Below are positions 49,143 through 62,931 of a stretch of DNA of 64,000 bases, piece after piece. The notes below the pieces were generated by a model, which was not told where the DNA came from, made no database searches, and was given only the letters and a program-made list of their open reading frames with translations. Each line of letters starts with the position of its first letter. Position 1 is the first letter of the stretch. The translations under genes were made by a program, and so were the position numbers. The stretch is from Octopus sinensis (taxonomy: Eukaryota), in NCBI RefSeq assembly GCF_006345805.1, contig NC_043002.1, forward strand, positions 91,326,001 through 91,390,000. Direction: 5' to 3'.

Positions 49143-49408
49143 GGTGGTTCTTTCAACATCCTTAAACAACCCTTATTCAGGGACCTTTTGAGCGGGATGG
49201 GCTACTCAACCTGAAGAAAATTCTAACTGGGCCCCACCTGCAAGGTCATGTGCTGTTTATCTTGATATGAGATCACCATGTCGCGCACATATGGTTGTGA
49301 TGCATGTGCCTGGTGTACCCTTATCAGACGGGTAGTCATGATGGGTATAGTGGGCTTCGTATATTTTACCCCAGTGTCACTTTGATGGCATGAACTGCTC
49401 TCTCACTC
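49142..49408 (+). mobile_element. Same element, 5'-truncated, inside (AAT)n
   Basis: (AAT)n on both flanks; ends CTCTCTCACTC-AATAAT. Confidence 0.75.
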
Positions 49409-49745
<337 letters not shown>

Positions 49746-51666
49746 TCATTGTGAGGTATGTTTGTAAACGACAACGTGTAACTGGTGCGGCTAAATGAAA
49801 ACGTGCATGCTGACCAAAATAATCCTTAACAGATAACATCACTAAACCAAAGGGTAAATTTTCCTATTTGAGTAGATAGTGAAGCAACTAATACTTAGTT
49901 TCTGTTCTTTTTGTCTAGTTTATGCATTGTTTATGATAACGGATGGCTGTCACTGGAATGCGGCACATAACGCAATCATTCATAAGAACCCTAGAGTTGA
50001 TGGTGAGTTTAATATGAATTCACTGCAATCACGCTACGGAACACGTGTAAAACGAACATCAGACGCAGTGTAATTGCAACGCATTAGCCTCTGTAGTAAA
50101 TGATCAAAAACAAAAATTCTAAGGTAACTCTAGACTGATACCAAAACGTGTTACTTGCATAAAACGCAGTCATATTATATACATTTCGCTGTAACACAAT
50201 AAAAGAGCGATAAAATATGTGGCGACGCAAAAACAAGAGTGTAAAAGAAGCATATCAATTTATGTAATATTGTAAAAGTGTGTTGGTTTATTCAAAACAA
50301 AGAGAAACTGAAATAGAAGAAATGATTGAAAGAATACCGACTGAAAATAAAACAAAAATGACCGACTATGCACAACATGAAAGATCTATAAGAAAACAAA
50401 TTGAATGAGAGAAGCAAAAAAAAGAAAATAAATTAAAACTTAAACAAAGATGAATCACAAAAGACCCGACTGAAACAATTAATCGAATACCGGAGCCATA
50501 ACAGAAACATACTCTTGTGTTCACACATTAAAAAGTAACTGAACAATAACTGGCAATGCAACAGAATAACGACAGACAACCTCAAGGAAAATCAAAATGA
50601 GATCTGGCTATAACAGCAGCAACACCTTTCCAAGCTGAGAGTAAATAAATAATTCTACGAAATAATAACCAAATAGAAAAGCTCTCTCTCTTAGAAATAC
50701 TTCCCACAGAAAGAAAATATGAACATTGATTTGCTGAATAGTCAAATTAACTTAGTAGCCATAGCCGTGGAGCAAGCAACCTGTCTCGGTTCTATTAGAG
50801 CCAAGACTGTTATCGTGTGCCAAATTCCAAAGAATTCAATGGAAATGAAATGAAAAAATCAAAATGTTAATAGAAAGGAGGTAAAAACTTATTAAATTCA
50901 GCGAAATAAGTAAGGCAAGAATTATATACATGAAAATGAAAATGTGAACAAAATATTACAGAAAGTGCTTGGATTCAGATATTTTTAAATGTGAAAGAAA
51001 ATTAAAGTAAAAGATTCTAGGAGAAACACAAACGGTAAGACAGCAGACATACCACATGAAAGACGATGTAAACAAGTCGGGAAAAAACATAACGAGCAAG
51101 ACAGTCAATCAAATAACAGGTAAGGCAGCAGAAATGCAACAGGTGGGGCAACCGAAATATATTGTATAATTTCTTAAGAAGTTAACAACGTTTTGAAGGA
51201 AAAGAGTACTCTTGTACGACTTCCATTTAATCTCCTGCGCCAGAGGAGACAGCGAAAAAACAGTGACACAGCTGGAGTGTGAGGAGCCCCACCAATCGAC
51301 CCCAGCGGACCCCAAGCCTATAGAGAGTTATAAAGCGGACCTAGAAGTGCCGTCTCCATAAAAGCTCTACCCTGCGCTACTGAGAAAGAAGTTGCTTACT
51401 TTCTTTGCCAAATATGAGTGAGAAGAAAATGAATAATCTAAATTAGAAATATTTGACGGATCCTTTTAAACTTATATAACTCTCTCTCTCTTTCTCCCTC
51501 CCTCTCTCTCTCTTTCTTCTCCCACTCACTTCCCATATCACTTTTCCTCTCATTCCTTCAAAGATAGATCCTTCAACATTTACTTGAAACACCCTAAGCA
51601 CCAAAATAACTCCCGCTCTCTCTCTCTCTCTCTCAAGCTCCTCCTCTTTATTGTATTCTTTCTCCG

Positions 51667-51703
<37 letters not shown>

Positions 51704-52094
51704 AGTTAACCTTTCACTGAGACTGACTATGAGTTTCTGTCTAAATCGAGGTCACTCATTCAGCGAGAAACACTGGCAGGTATGGACTTGTTTCTGCAGG
51801 AGCTACTTGTAATGCATGAAGGACTTGTCTCCTGATACCATCTCATATTCTTCTTATTGGTTGCAAATCAAAATTCCTTACCGAAAGCACCAAAGACAAA
51901 ATATACAGACACAGCAAAATGGCACACCATCGATGTTCAAGGGCTTCTGATGCTAAAATCTCCAATTTTGCTCGCCGGAAATATCAGTCTCCGAGAACGA
52001 ACGAGAATCTTGATGTTTTTGAGACGGTCACATTTGACTTAAGTTGATCAGAGCCACATCAAAGCCAGCTCTTAGCCCATTGATGACACATTAT

Positions 52095-52702
52095 TAATAA
52101 TGGTTTCAAACTTTGGTACAAGGCCAGCAAGATCGAGAGAGGGGTTAATTCAATTACATCGACCCCGAAAGGACAAAAGGGAAAGTCGACCTCGACAGAA
52201 TTTGAACTCAGGACGTAAAGACGGACAAAATGCCGCTAAGCATTTTTCCCGGCGGGCTAACGATGCTGGCAGCTCGCCCCCTCGACACGATATTAATAAG
52301 GAGTTTTGTAGATAATCACAACGTCAAATTGTAGGTTAAACCGATCTCAATACTAAAAGGATCCTTTTTTTAACAAACCCCATAAAGATGAAAGGCAAAG
52401 ATATCCTCAGTGGGAATTGGAACCCGATCGTGAAGGGATCTAAGTTAATATAGACTATACATTTGCTACCGTGCTCTAATGGTTATTAATCTTTGGCACA
52501 AGGTCAGCCATTTTAAAGGGGAAGGGGCAAGTTAATTACATCGACCTCAGTACTTTGACTGGTACTTTATTATATCGATTCCGAAGATATGAAAGACAAA
52601 GTTGATCTTGGTTAGATTTGAATTCAGAACGTAATCAGTCGCAAAAAATACCACTAATCATTTTTGCCCGATGCGTTTACGACTCAGCCAGCTCGTTGCC
52701 TT
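52095..52702 (-). mobile_element. Cluster of 2-3 diverged SINE family A copies
   Basis: Bodies at about 52095-52282, 52370-52440 and 52485-52702. Confidence 0.7.
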
Positions 52703-53029
52703 AGTCCACTGAAATGATCGTTTTTTGTTTTTGCTTTTGTTTAATTAACCATGTCTATTTTACTTTTGTTACAAGAAACCCCATCTCCGTAGAAGAAATC
52801 TTGAAATTATTTTCAAATCTGTCGTCAATTTTGAAATTCCGTCATCTGTTCCCTACCCCTCTTTCTTACTAACTATATTATTCTCAAACAGCAGTGAAAT
52901 TTTAGACACGATAAAGCTTCGAATTTTGACTCCATTTCTTTTGGTTCTGGGATCAAATCCAGCTGAAGTTTATTCTGTTGGTCATCGCATCGTCTTTTAT
53001 TGTTTTGCAATCAGGAAGGGGTTGTGTCT

Positions 53030-53330
53030 TTGGCTTCATCATCCCCTCGAAAACGAATAAGTTCCGAGACCCAGTTACTGCTGCAATGAGTGAAGGTAAA
53101 ACATGGAGTGAGAAGGAATTCTCGATGGATGACGTCACTAGTTATGGGGGGGGGGTGAATTAGTTAATGCAGGGGAGAGGGTGAAGGTGGATACAATCTG
53201 TATGGGAAGAAAAGTAGAGGTAAGTGAGCCGGATGTACCTTACATGAGAGTAGCCATCTCTGAAAAACAGACACCACTGTAATAAAGGTGGAGAAGGTGG
53301 AATCTATTGTTGAGTGACTGCACACAGATT
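53030..53330 (+). mobile_element. Possible Deu/Nin-domain-like ancient SINE remnant
   Basis: GCAGGGGAGAGGG..GAGCCGGATGTACCTTACATGAGAGTAGCCATCTCTG loosely resembles the Deu/Nin domain as I recall it; not aligned. Confidence 0.3.
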
Positions 53331-53384
53331 AGTCGGGTGTCTTTACATTTGATACGGTTTAGAATATGTGTATATAAAAAAAAG

Positions 53385-53708
53385 GAGCACTCCGTCGGTT
53401 ACGACGACGAGGGTCCCAGCTGATACGATCAACGGAACAGCTTGCTTGTGGAATTAACGTGCAAGTGACTGAGCAATCCACAGATACGAGTACCCTTAAC
53501 GTAGTTCTCAGGGAGATTCAGCGTGACACAGAGCGTTACAAGGCCGGCCCTTTGAAATACAGGTACAACTCATTTTTGCCAGCTGAGTGGACTGGAGCAA
53601 CGTGAAATAGAGTGTCTTGCTCAAGGACACAACGCATCGCCGGGAATCTAACTCACGCCCTTAAAATCGTCAGCCGAATGCCCTAACCACTAAGCCATGC
53701 GCCTTCAC
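53385..53708 (-). mobile_element. tRNA-SINE with family C tail
   Basis: GCACTCCGTCGGTTACGACGACGAGGG tail; CCCTAACCACTAAGCCATGCGCC head. Confidence 0.85.
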
Positions 53709-54374
53709 GGAATATGTGTATATGTAGCAGCAGTATCGTTTCAGATGTAGGAGCAATATTCCATGCTACCTCTAGCGTATTCATATGCTTGTGTGCAGCA
53801 TCACCGCTCTAGATGCAGAAGGAATATTCCATTGTGATTCGAGGATATCTCTGTGTGCAGTGATCAGCATATTGGCGCATATGAAAGTACTTCCCTTGTG
53901 GGTGGGTGTAAGATGCTCTGTGTATGATAGCGTCAGTATTTTCCGAGATGTAATCTAAAAAGCCTATATATACGTATGTGTACCAGTAACACCGTGATTA
54001 AATGTCGAAGTACTAGATTTCGCTTGTGTGGTACCAAGGTAAGTATTTTGAGTACCATCCCAAATGTGAGAGCACAGCACCCTGCATCAAAATCAGTGGT
54101 TCTCAACCATTTTTTAACCCATGGACCCTTTTCATTACTATTTTATTCTGGTGGACCCCCAAAGCCATTCAATGTTTAAAAGCTAATTTTATAGATGCTT
54201 CTTTCAAAACTCCTATTTTGTTTTTCACAACATTCATTTGTATAGATTTGCAATAGTCTCTCTGAGAGAACATGTTTCTGTTACGAGGGACATACTAAAC
54301 TATGTAAAACATTAGAGAAAGAAACCTAGAATTTTCTTGCAATAAAATACTTCCAATGTATACTATTCATATAA

Positions 54375-54517
54375 GATTGGTGTCTTCATCGTTATTGTTG
54401 ATTAGGTTCGAAATTGCGACGCAACAACCGAGTTCAACACAAGACACTTGAAAGAAGGATGGAGCGTACAACAGCTGAAACGAAGTGAAAGCAACAATCA
54501 AGAGGAAGACACCAGTC
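54375..54517 (+). mobile_element. Small inverted-repeat-bounded element with a decayed hammerhead, related to the 6470/10916 family
   Basis: Termini GATTGGTGTCTTC/GAAGACACCAGTC; AGGTTCGAAATT..CAAGACAC-TTGAAAGA-AGGATGG..CAGCT-GAAACG. Confidence 0.55.
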
Positions 54518-54524
54518 TGAAACT

Positions 54525-54850
54525 ACTGGCACTCTGTCGGTTACGACGACGAGGGTTCCAGCTAATACGATCAACGGAACAGCTTGCTCATGAAATATGT
54601 TAATTTCACGAACAGGCAAGTGGCTGAGAACTCCACGGACACGTGGATCTTTAACGTGAGATTCAGCGTGACAGAGAATGTGACAAGGCTGACCCTTTGA
54701 AATACGTTCACTACTCGTTTTTTTGCCAGCTGAGTGGACTTGAGCAACATGAAATGAAGTGTCCTGCTCAAGGACACAACACCTCAGCGGGAATTGAACT
54801 CATGACCTTATGATCGTGAGCCGAATACCCTAACCACTAGGCCACACACC
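54525..54850 (-). mobile_element. tRNA-SINE with family C tail
   Basis: Matches 53385-53708. Confidence 0.8.
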
Positions 54851-54883
54851 TTCGAGTTTGAGACTAGTATAAACAGTATACAT

Positions 54884-55244
54884 ATAGGCGCAGGAGTGGC
54901 TGTGTGGTAAGTAGCTTGCTAACCAACCACATGGTTCCGGGTTCAGTCCCACTGCGTGGCATCTTGGGCAAGTGTCTTCTGCTATAGCCCCGGGCCGATC
55001 AATGCTTGTGAGTGGATTTGGTAGACGGAAACTGAAAGAAGCCTGTCGTATATATGCATATATATGTATCTATGTGTGTGTGTGTGTGTTTGTCCCCCTA
55101 GCATTGCTTGACAACCGATGCTGGTGTGCTTATGTCCCCGTTACTTGGCGGTTCGGCAAAAGAGACCGATAGAATAAGTATTAAAGGCGGTGCTCCAGCA
55201 TGACCGCAGTCAAATGACTGAAACAAGTAAAAGAGTAAAGAGTA
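54884..55244 (+). mobile_element. SINE family B with internal deletion
   Basis: Matches 13110-13545. Confidence 0.85.
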
Positions 55245-55689
55245 TAGATTCCTCATCTAAAGCAATTTCATTTCATGGACCTTTAAAATACTACTGTGGA
55301 TCGCTAATTTACCATTTTGCTTACGTGGACCTCCCCCACAAAAAAAAAAAATTTTATATGAGCCCCCAGAGTCCCTATAGATCCCAGTGGAGAATCACTG
55401 ATCTAGATGTTCCCTTAGACGCATCTGAGTTTAAATTGTTTCACGAGTGACATCAGACCATATTGTTTTCATTTCGTTGATTAAATAAATATGAATAACA
55501 GGAATAAAGTTTGTAAACATTTCCTGCAATATTAATCATTGATTATTAACATTTCCTAACTCAGGATGCATCTTCCACGATTCAGCATCTATTCTCCCGC
55601 AAAATACGGTAATTAGTTTCGCCAAGAGTCTGATTATATAAAGGAGTGGTTAGCCTGTGGTAGTCTCTCGTAGTCCGAAAAAAGACGGA

Positions 55690-55950
55690 TCTGCAATTTC
55701 TTGCTGAGCAACTTGCGCGTATGATTTGTTGATAGTGATCAAATGCATGCGCTGTACGTTAGCTCGCTCCTTCCATCAAATCGACGTTGCCTGAAAAGGA
55801 GCTCACGTCAGGTACCACACGTCAGGTGTCGAAGTCATCGGAGAGCAACGTGAGATTAAAGGTTTTGCTCCAGAAAACAACGCATCACTCTGTCCCAGGA
55901 ATTGAAACCACGATCTCGCGATGATAAGTGCAACATCCTGACCGTCAGGT
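55690..55950 (-). mobile_element. Diverged tRNA-SINE
   Basis: GGAGCAACGTGAGATTAAAGG..CCAGGAATTGAAACCACGATC on the plus strand. Confidence 0.55.
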
Positions 55951-56739
55951 CATTCGCCTTCGATCGAATATACCCACAGTATATTGATATTTATTTTGTC
56001 AAGGTGGGTGAAGAAATTAAACGTAAAGTTGCTCCAGCAGAATTAGTACTTAAATGTTCGGAAGTCTCATCTAAGTACCGCTGTCTGATATAAGAGGGAC
56101 GTAAAAAAAATAATAAAACAAAACATTTTTCTTAAACAAACGTGCAGTTATGATGTTTAATTACTTGGTTTTTCCATGTGCATATTTGGTTGATTATTTG
56201 TATGATTTTATGCAATCAGTTACTGTGTGTGAACGATGAGTTTTATCAATCACTAGCAATATCGCCCGGCGTTGCTTGGGTTTGTTTCGACCCTTTAGAA
56301 TTGGAATTTTTGAAAAGTAAAAATTTTGCATTATATAGCTTGTTATTCACTTAAAGGGAACATTTTTCTGGTTGAAATACACCGAAAAATGGTGACACAG
56401 CAATAAAAAAATCGTAAAATATAGGGATTTTCATAGAAAAAAAGCATCTTTTTGATGTAAATAATGTTTGATGTTAACATGGTTCGATTTGAATTTTTTC
56501 TTCTACGGAAGGAAGAGCAAGCCTTCTTCTATCATACTTTCAATTTTGGTCAACTTGCGCCGCAGGGTCTCGAAGGAGATAGTATTAGTTGAAGGCTACC
56601 AAAACTGTCATACTCAGACAACTTCAGCTTTATATATAGAGAGATTAAACAAGAATAAGTATCATCTTGTGTAGAGCAAAGATACTTGGAGGTGAGCGGT
56701 TTCCTAGAGTAGATATATGTAACGTAATGAGTCACAATA

Positions 56740-56945
56740 ATTCTTTCTACTATTGACATAAGGCGTGAAATTGGATGGTGTGGAGGAGGCTAATCGATTC
56801 CATTGACTGGTACTTATTTTATCGACACCGAAAGGATGAAAAGCAAAATCAACGTCGACAAAATTTGAACTCAGAACGTAAAAACGAATGAAATGCGATA
56901 AGAATTTTGTCCGGTGTACTAACGATTGTGCCAGCCCCGCCGCTT
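56740..56945 (-). mobile_element. SINE family A, diverged
   Basis: CTGGTACTTATTTTATCGACACCGAAAGGATGAAAAGC..TTTGAACTCAGAACG. Confidence 0.7.
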
Positions 56946-57869
56946 TGATGACGTATAATAATGATGTTTGACATAGCAACACGTTCAGGCATTTGAAAGA
57001 AGTAATAGTCAATTCTATTATATCAACCCCAGTAGTTTACTGGTACTTTATTTTAAGGACTTCAAATAGATGAACGGCAAATTTGTTCCCAATGGGATTT
57101 GAACGCAAACGCAGATAACTAATTAGCGCAGTCCATTTGGCTCAATGATTTATCAATTCCATCATTAATGTGAGTACGCGTCTTAATGTGTATATAGACC
57201 GACATAATTCAATTTGCGACTCTGTGTGTGTGTGTGGGGGGGGGGGTGTTCGCACATGTATTATTTACCCGTATTTTTGCAAATAAAGGTGTCTGTGGGA
57301 ATGTGTTTGTACGAGTGTATATATAAAAGTGGATTATGTATGTTTATTCTAATAGAGACCACAAAGAATACAGTTCCCGATAGACTAGTGAAAGTGATTC
57401 GATATATTTGAGGATAGCATTATCTGGAGTATTATTTAGTCTGTTCATGACAGCTGGCATTAAAGATAACTTGCAATAGCTTTCCTCTGTTATGGCCGAC
57501 TACTGAAATCTCACATACTTCACGCTTAAATCTCGGGTTTTCTCATTTCCTTACCGACATTAATTATCATGTATCAGTGATAATCAGGAGGGATTTCGTG
57601 ATGGATAAATCGATTTCGAAATACTAGAAACTATAAAACAATAACAATTATTGTTGCTGCTGTCGTTGGTGTTGTAAAACTATAAGTCAATGTGTATTGA
57701 ATGTGAATGTTCAAATAGCGTGTAGACTTATAGGCTTGCATGAGATTTGACTGTGTATAAATGTAGTTGAATCTAAGTCTATCTGGAATAACTGCGAATT
57801 CCTGTATATATCGCTGTAACGCTCTGGGAGTTTGTTTCATAACCGAGATAGAGATGTTTGATACACACA

Positions 57870-57909
<40 letters not shown>

Positions 57910-57917
57910 ACACACAC

Positions 57918-57949
<32 letters not shown>

Positions 57950-58509
57950 GAACGCACGCAATGGCGAGCACCTACAAGAGAGTAATTGTACTACAGGCAA
58001 GTGAGCTATAAATACACATTACAATAAGTAAACATTCTCATACTAACATACTGGCATCACTTGCTATATACTTGCTATATACGACATATTCAGCCAGCAG
58101 TATTTATCGCTATAACTGTCTGATACTTTCTCAAAGATTTATGGTGATTACATTTCTCTATACGCTTCTTTATGTATAACAACTAATACAACATTACACA
58201 TATGCAAATAGATGGTCTCTATGTATACGTACGTGTCAGTGTTGTGTGTGAGTGTGCGCGTGTGTATAAGTATGTGTGTTATTACCTATCGCACTTTACG
58301 CCTGTTTAAAGAGACAGCTCTACGTATAAAATGTTGAAATGGCGTCCGATATATAAAGTAAGGTGACTATCGCCATTACATCAAGTATGCCATATACTTC
58401 TACAGTGGCAGTCATCTCTCTACATATAATTATAAATACATAAACTAACACACACCAGCCAATCTCTCACCCCACTGTTTCTCACCAGTATATATACACA
58501 TACATCTCT

Positions 58510-58680
58510 ACATACTATGTATATATGTACCGTATATGTACACACAAACACACATACACACACACACATATATATATACATACATACATATATATATATA
58601 TATAATATATACATATATATATATATATATACTACATATATATACATATAATATATATATAATATATATATAAATACATT

Positions 58681-58724
<44 letters not shown>

Positions 58725-58799
58725 TGTATGTATATATATATATATATATATATACATACATATATATATATATAATATACATACATACATATATAATAT

Positions 58800-58835
<36 letters not shown>

Positions 58836-59228
58836 TACATACATATATATATATATATATATCATACATACATATATACATTATATATATATATTGTATG
58901 TATATTATATATATATATATATATATATACATACATATATATATATATCTACATACATACATATACATATATACTATATATATATAAATATGTATATATT
59001 ATATAATACATACATATATATATATATTATATGTATGTATATATTATGATATTATATATACATACATATATATATATATATATAATACATACATACATAT
59101 ATACATATATATTATTATATATATATAATATACATACATACATACATATATATATGTATATATATTATATATGTAGTATGTATATAATATATATATATAT
59201 ATACTTATATATATGTACTATCTATCTA

Positions 59229-59310
<82 letters not shown>
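58510..59310. repeat. About 0.8-kb (TA)/(TACA)-rich microsatellite array
   Basis: Read directly. Confidence 0.95.
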
Positions 59311-59313
<3 letters not shown>

Positions 59314-59517
59314 ACGGGAAGCTTTATGAAAATAAACAAAAGACGAAGGCAGTGGAATACAAACACAACTTGTATTAGTATGGCGCTCAGGAATATAAAT
59401 ACAAGTATTTTACATTTCGAGCCTAAGCTCTTCAACAGAAGATACACAGAAAAGAACACGGAGAGAAACAAGGAGAGAAAAAATGCGTGCAAAAGCTATC
59501 GAATCAACATGGCGATA
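59311..59517 (-). mobile_element. Hammerhead-like (A6U) short repeat, copy 4
   Basis: Minus strand CTGTTGAAGAGCTTAGGCTCGAAATGTAAAATAC; flanked by (TA)n on both sides. Confidence 0.7.
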
Positions 59518-61099
59518 TAATATATATATATATATATACTAGGATCAGTTTGGCCTTTTAGTCTAAACAAGGACATTTAGCTATTTTGATATATCGAGGG
59601 TGCAAAATATTGTTTAATGACGGCCATATAAACAAGCGATAGCAATAACCCCGGACCTAGTGTGAAGTTGACCTTCTGATCTCGCCAGATTGGCACGTTA
59701 GGGAACCAGCCGAAAACTGTCAAAAACGGCTACTGTAGAATTGCTATGCACAAAGCTTGCGGAGAATGTAAAAAGCGAAGTTTTTTTTTAAAAAAAGAAA
59801 AATATATCATTAGGAGTGTATTATTGCTGAGGCAGTATCACATGATCAAGAATTGAAGAGTTAATTACCTTGGTTGGAGACAGTTAAGTTTGCAAGTCTA
59901 ATTAAAAAAGAACAAAATATTATAAGTGTTGGGAAGGAAAGAGAGAGGGGAAGAGGAGAAGGGGAGGGGAGAGAGAGGAGAGGGGCGAGAGGGAAGGGAG
60001 TGACAGAGGTGTTGGAAGAAAGTCAGATCGCAAGAAGCTGGCGTGTGGTGTATCAGTGTTGTATCCCCTAAGTGGCTTCCCCTACTATCTTAAAATATAC
60101 TTCCCTTCATGTAAACTAGGAATAAAGCATCTAATTTGGTGCTTATGTATAATCTGTGCTTGAAGCAGCTGTTAAAACAATCCGCATCTACTGCCGTTCT
60201 CATAAGGCTTGCTTTTCTCCAAGCCTCCATTTCCTGTTATAGTCTTCTACCGCTTCTTTCAATTACCGTGTGTACTTGGCGAGCGTAGTGACGTTCTGCT
60301 TCTCAAATTCCTGAAGGATGTCGTGTGGTTGAATAGTTGTTCTTTGAAGGAGCGCTCTGTTCATCTGATATGGCTCTTTATGCTGGATATGTTGCTGATC
60401 ACTCAGGACGCCATGCACAATTGTATTTATACTCCCAGTGACCGAGCGATGGTGATCACTAAATAAACGGCCGACCTTCATGTTAAGGGTTAGATTTTGC
60501 GATGGTATCCTCTAGATACTGCGTGCGCAAGTGAAGCACACTTTAAATGACATCGGTAGCGTTAACATCAGAGAACGCGGTCAGAAATCTTCTAGTATGC
60601 TGATTCTTCTGCAGCAATTTTTATATCGTAAATCCGTTGATTTTGACTTCATATAATTCTGTGGAATACTACTTCTTAACAACTGCTCAATTACACTATC
60701 ACCTGTTATATGTTTCTTACTCATATCAGAGAATAGCAAGGTATTCTGTGATGATAGTAACCTATTATGGAATTTTAGTTTTAGCTTCAGGTCTAGGAAA
60801 TCCGTTTCGAAAGTAGCTAAGCTTTTCATTCTAAACAGGACGATTCTTAGTTAATGCCGAAATATTCTGTGCATGATGGTTGTGCGGAGTTTATAGAAGA
60901 AAGCTTTCCATCGCATTCGTCTCATTAGACCAATAATACTCTCCAACGGTTTCTTTTTTTTGTGTGTGTGTATATTGTTCATTGAATGATATTGGTACAT
61001 TTGAGATCGAATAGTTCAAATCATAGAGATCCATAGTCAATATGAATATTTTATAATTTGAGTGTGCAGAAAGCTCTACATTGGATGTGTAAGCATATA

Positions 61100-62088
61100 C
61101 AGTGTGCGAGAGATATTTGAGGAAAAATTGGTAATTTCACCTAACAGAACTAATCAAGCAAAAATCAAATGTGTTTTAATAAAAAAAAAATTGTGAATAG
61201 GTGCTCGATAAGCTTTCTTTTAAGATAATTCTATGAATCCGCCTTCAGCTTCGATGAATGCTTCAATGCGGGACCGGAATTGTTGACATGCCTGCACTAA
61301 ATTATCCTTATACATTTCAGACATCACCTGAACAATGGTGGTCATCTATGAAGCTATGGTTTTGTGAAGATGTTGATAAACATTCCTTTCAACAATGTTC
61401 CGAACGATTTAGTCCTTATGATTTAAATCCGGCCAGTTTGCAGACCTCATTTCCTATTTACGTGATCGTAAAGAATGTCTGACATCCATTCTTGGATTAC
61501 GTGGATTTTGTGAGAAGATACTATATCTTGAAGTCTTGTTGAAATGCGTATGGCTTTCCTCAGCGTTCGTCATCCATCCAAAGCTTAACAACTCTCTCCA
61601 CCATCTCAACGTATTAATTCTAAGACCTGTGGAACTGTGTTAAGTGGTATGATATGATATCTGTCATCCACAACTTCTAAAATCACTGCAGTTCCTGGAA
61701 ACATAGTGTGTGTCACTCTGAGGGCATCAGAAGGGTCTGCACATAAACATGTTATTTTCTTGTCAAATTTCTGTATTGGTTGAAATTTCTTCCGAACGTT
61801 TATAATAATTTTTGCTGTTTAATGCATTTGAAACATTCCTGCCAGATCTTATGCAATATTATGCAAACTTTGTATACAAAAGCACTTAGAAAGTTGGCAA
61901 TTTCAAAATCACTGCGCTCTGAAAACATGGCAACAATGAATGACTGCATGTCTTTCCACTTATTGCATTAGCGTTTTATCTGCCATGTGTGATCTGAAAG
62001 AAAGAAAGAAATTTTAATTGGTTTGAAGGTTTCAATAGAGTATAATATACTGATAATTAAGTATTCTCAAATATCACTCGCGGCATTG
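61100..62088 (-). mobile_element. Internally deleted maT/DD37D-like IS630-Tc1-mariner transposon
   Basis: TIRs CAGTGTGCGAGAGATATTTGAG and rc CAATGCCGCGAGTGATATTTGAG; decayed RHAVI..ERSDFEIANFL and FPGTAVIL..GKPYAFQQD..IQEWMSD..PDLN..ACQQFRSRIEAFIEAEGGFIE. Confidence 0.8.
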
Positions 62089-62094
62089 TGTGCG

Positions 62095-62107
62095 TGCATA
62101 TATATAT

Positions 62108-62146
<39 letters not shown>

Positions 62147-62208
62147 GGTGTGTGTGTGTTGGTGTGTGTGTGTGCGTGTGTGTGTGTATGCATGTGTGTG
62201 GGTGTCTG

Positions 62209-62242
<34 letters not shown>

Positions 62243-62314
62243 AGTGTGTGTATCTGGTGTTATATACACATATATATGTATGCATATATATATATATATA
62301 CATATAGATATATA

Positions 62315-62345
<31 letters not shown>

Positions 62346-62604
62346 GATTATATTATATATATATATAAATATATATAATCTATATGTTATGTATGTATAT
62401 ATATGTTATATATAATATATATATATTATATGTATGTATATAATGATATATATATATATATTATATATATATATATATATATTATATACATATATATAAC
62501 ATATAAAATCTTATGCATGTATGTGTATATATATATATTTATATATATTATATTCATATACCATATAGTACATATATCCATATAAATGTATGCATGTATG
62601 TATA

Positions 62605-62664
<60 letters not shown>

Positions 62665-62710
62665 CATATATATACATATATATATATACATATATATAAT
62701 ATGTGTGTGT
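62095..62710. repeat. (TA)n/(TG)n microsatellite array
   Basis: Read directly. Confidence 0.95.
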
Positions 62711-62894
62711 GCGCGTAGGAATAATTATTGGTAATCATAACTGATTCTGATCTGCGGCATTACTTCCAGAAAGAAAAACCATGATGAAGACTACTTTATC
62801 TCAAGGCCTTATAATTCGCGGGCACCGGTAAAATTTTGTGTATCTTCTCACACACATGCACAAAATTGCACACCCACACAACACACAACTAAAG

Positions 62895-62931
<37 letters not shown>

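Larger units (their letters stand above)
54094..55400. mobile_element. hAT MITE split by nested insertions
   Basis: Left part 54094-54365 and right part about 55270-55400 align with 27757-28070; decayed TSD ATCAAAAT/ATCTAGAT. Confidence 0.6.

Noticed and set aside
50290-51150. A-rich, ORF1-like stretch
   Set aside because: Many stops and no motif that I can assign to a LINE family.
60480-60510. CTAACCCTTAAC (minus strand) as a telomerase RNA template
   Set aside because: It has an extra base relative to CUAACCCUAAC, and I could not identify a pseudoknot, CR4/5 or H/ACA elements.
60209-60850. Short ORFs in complex sequence (e.g. MNRALLQRTT..., MKSLATFE...)
   Set aside because: No recognisable motif or splice pattern; possibly an old TE, and a database search is needed.
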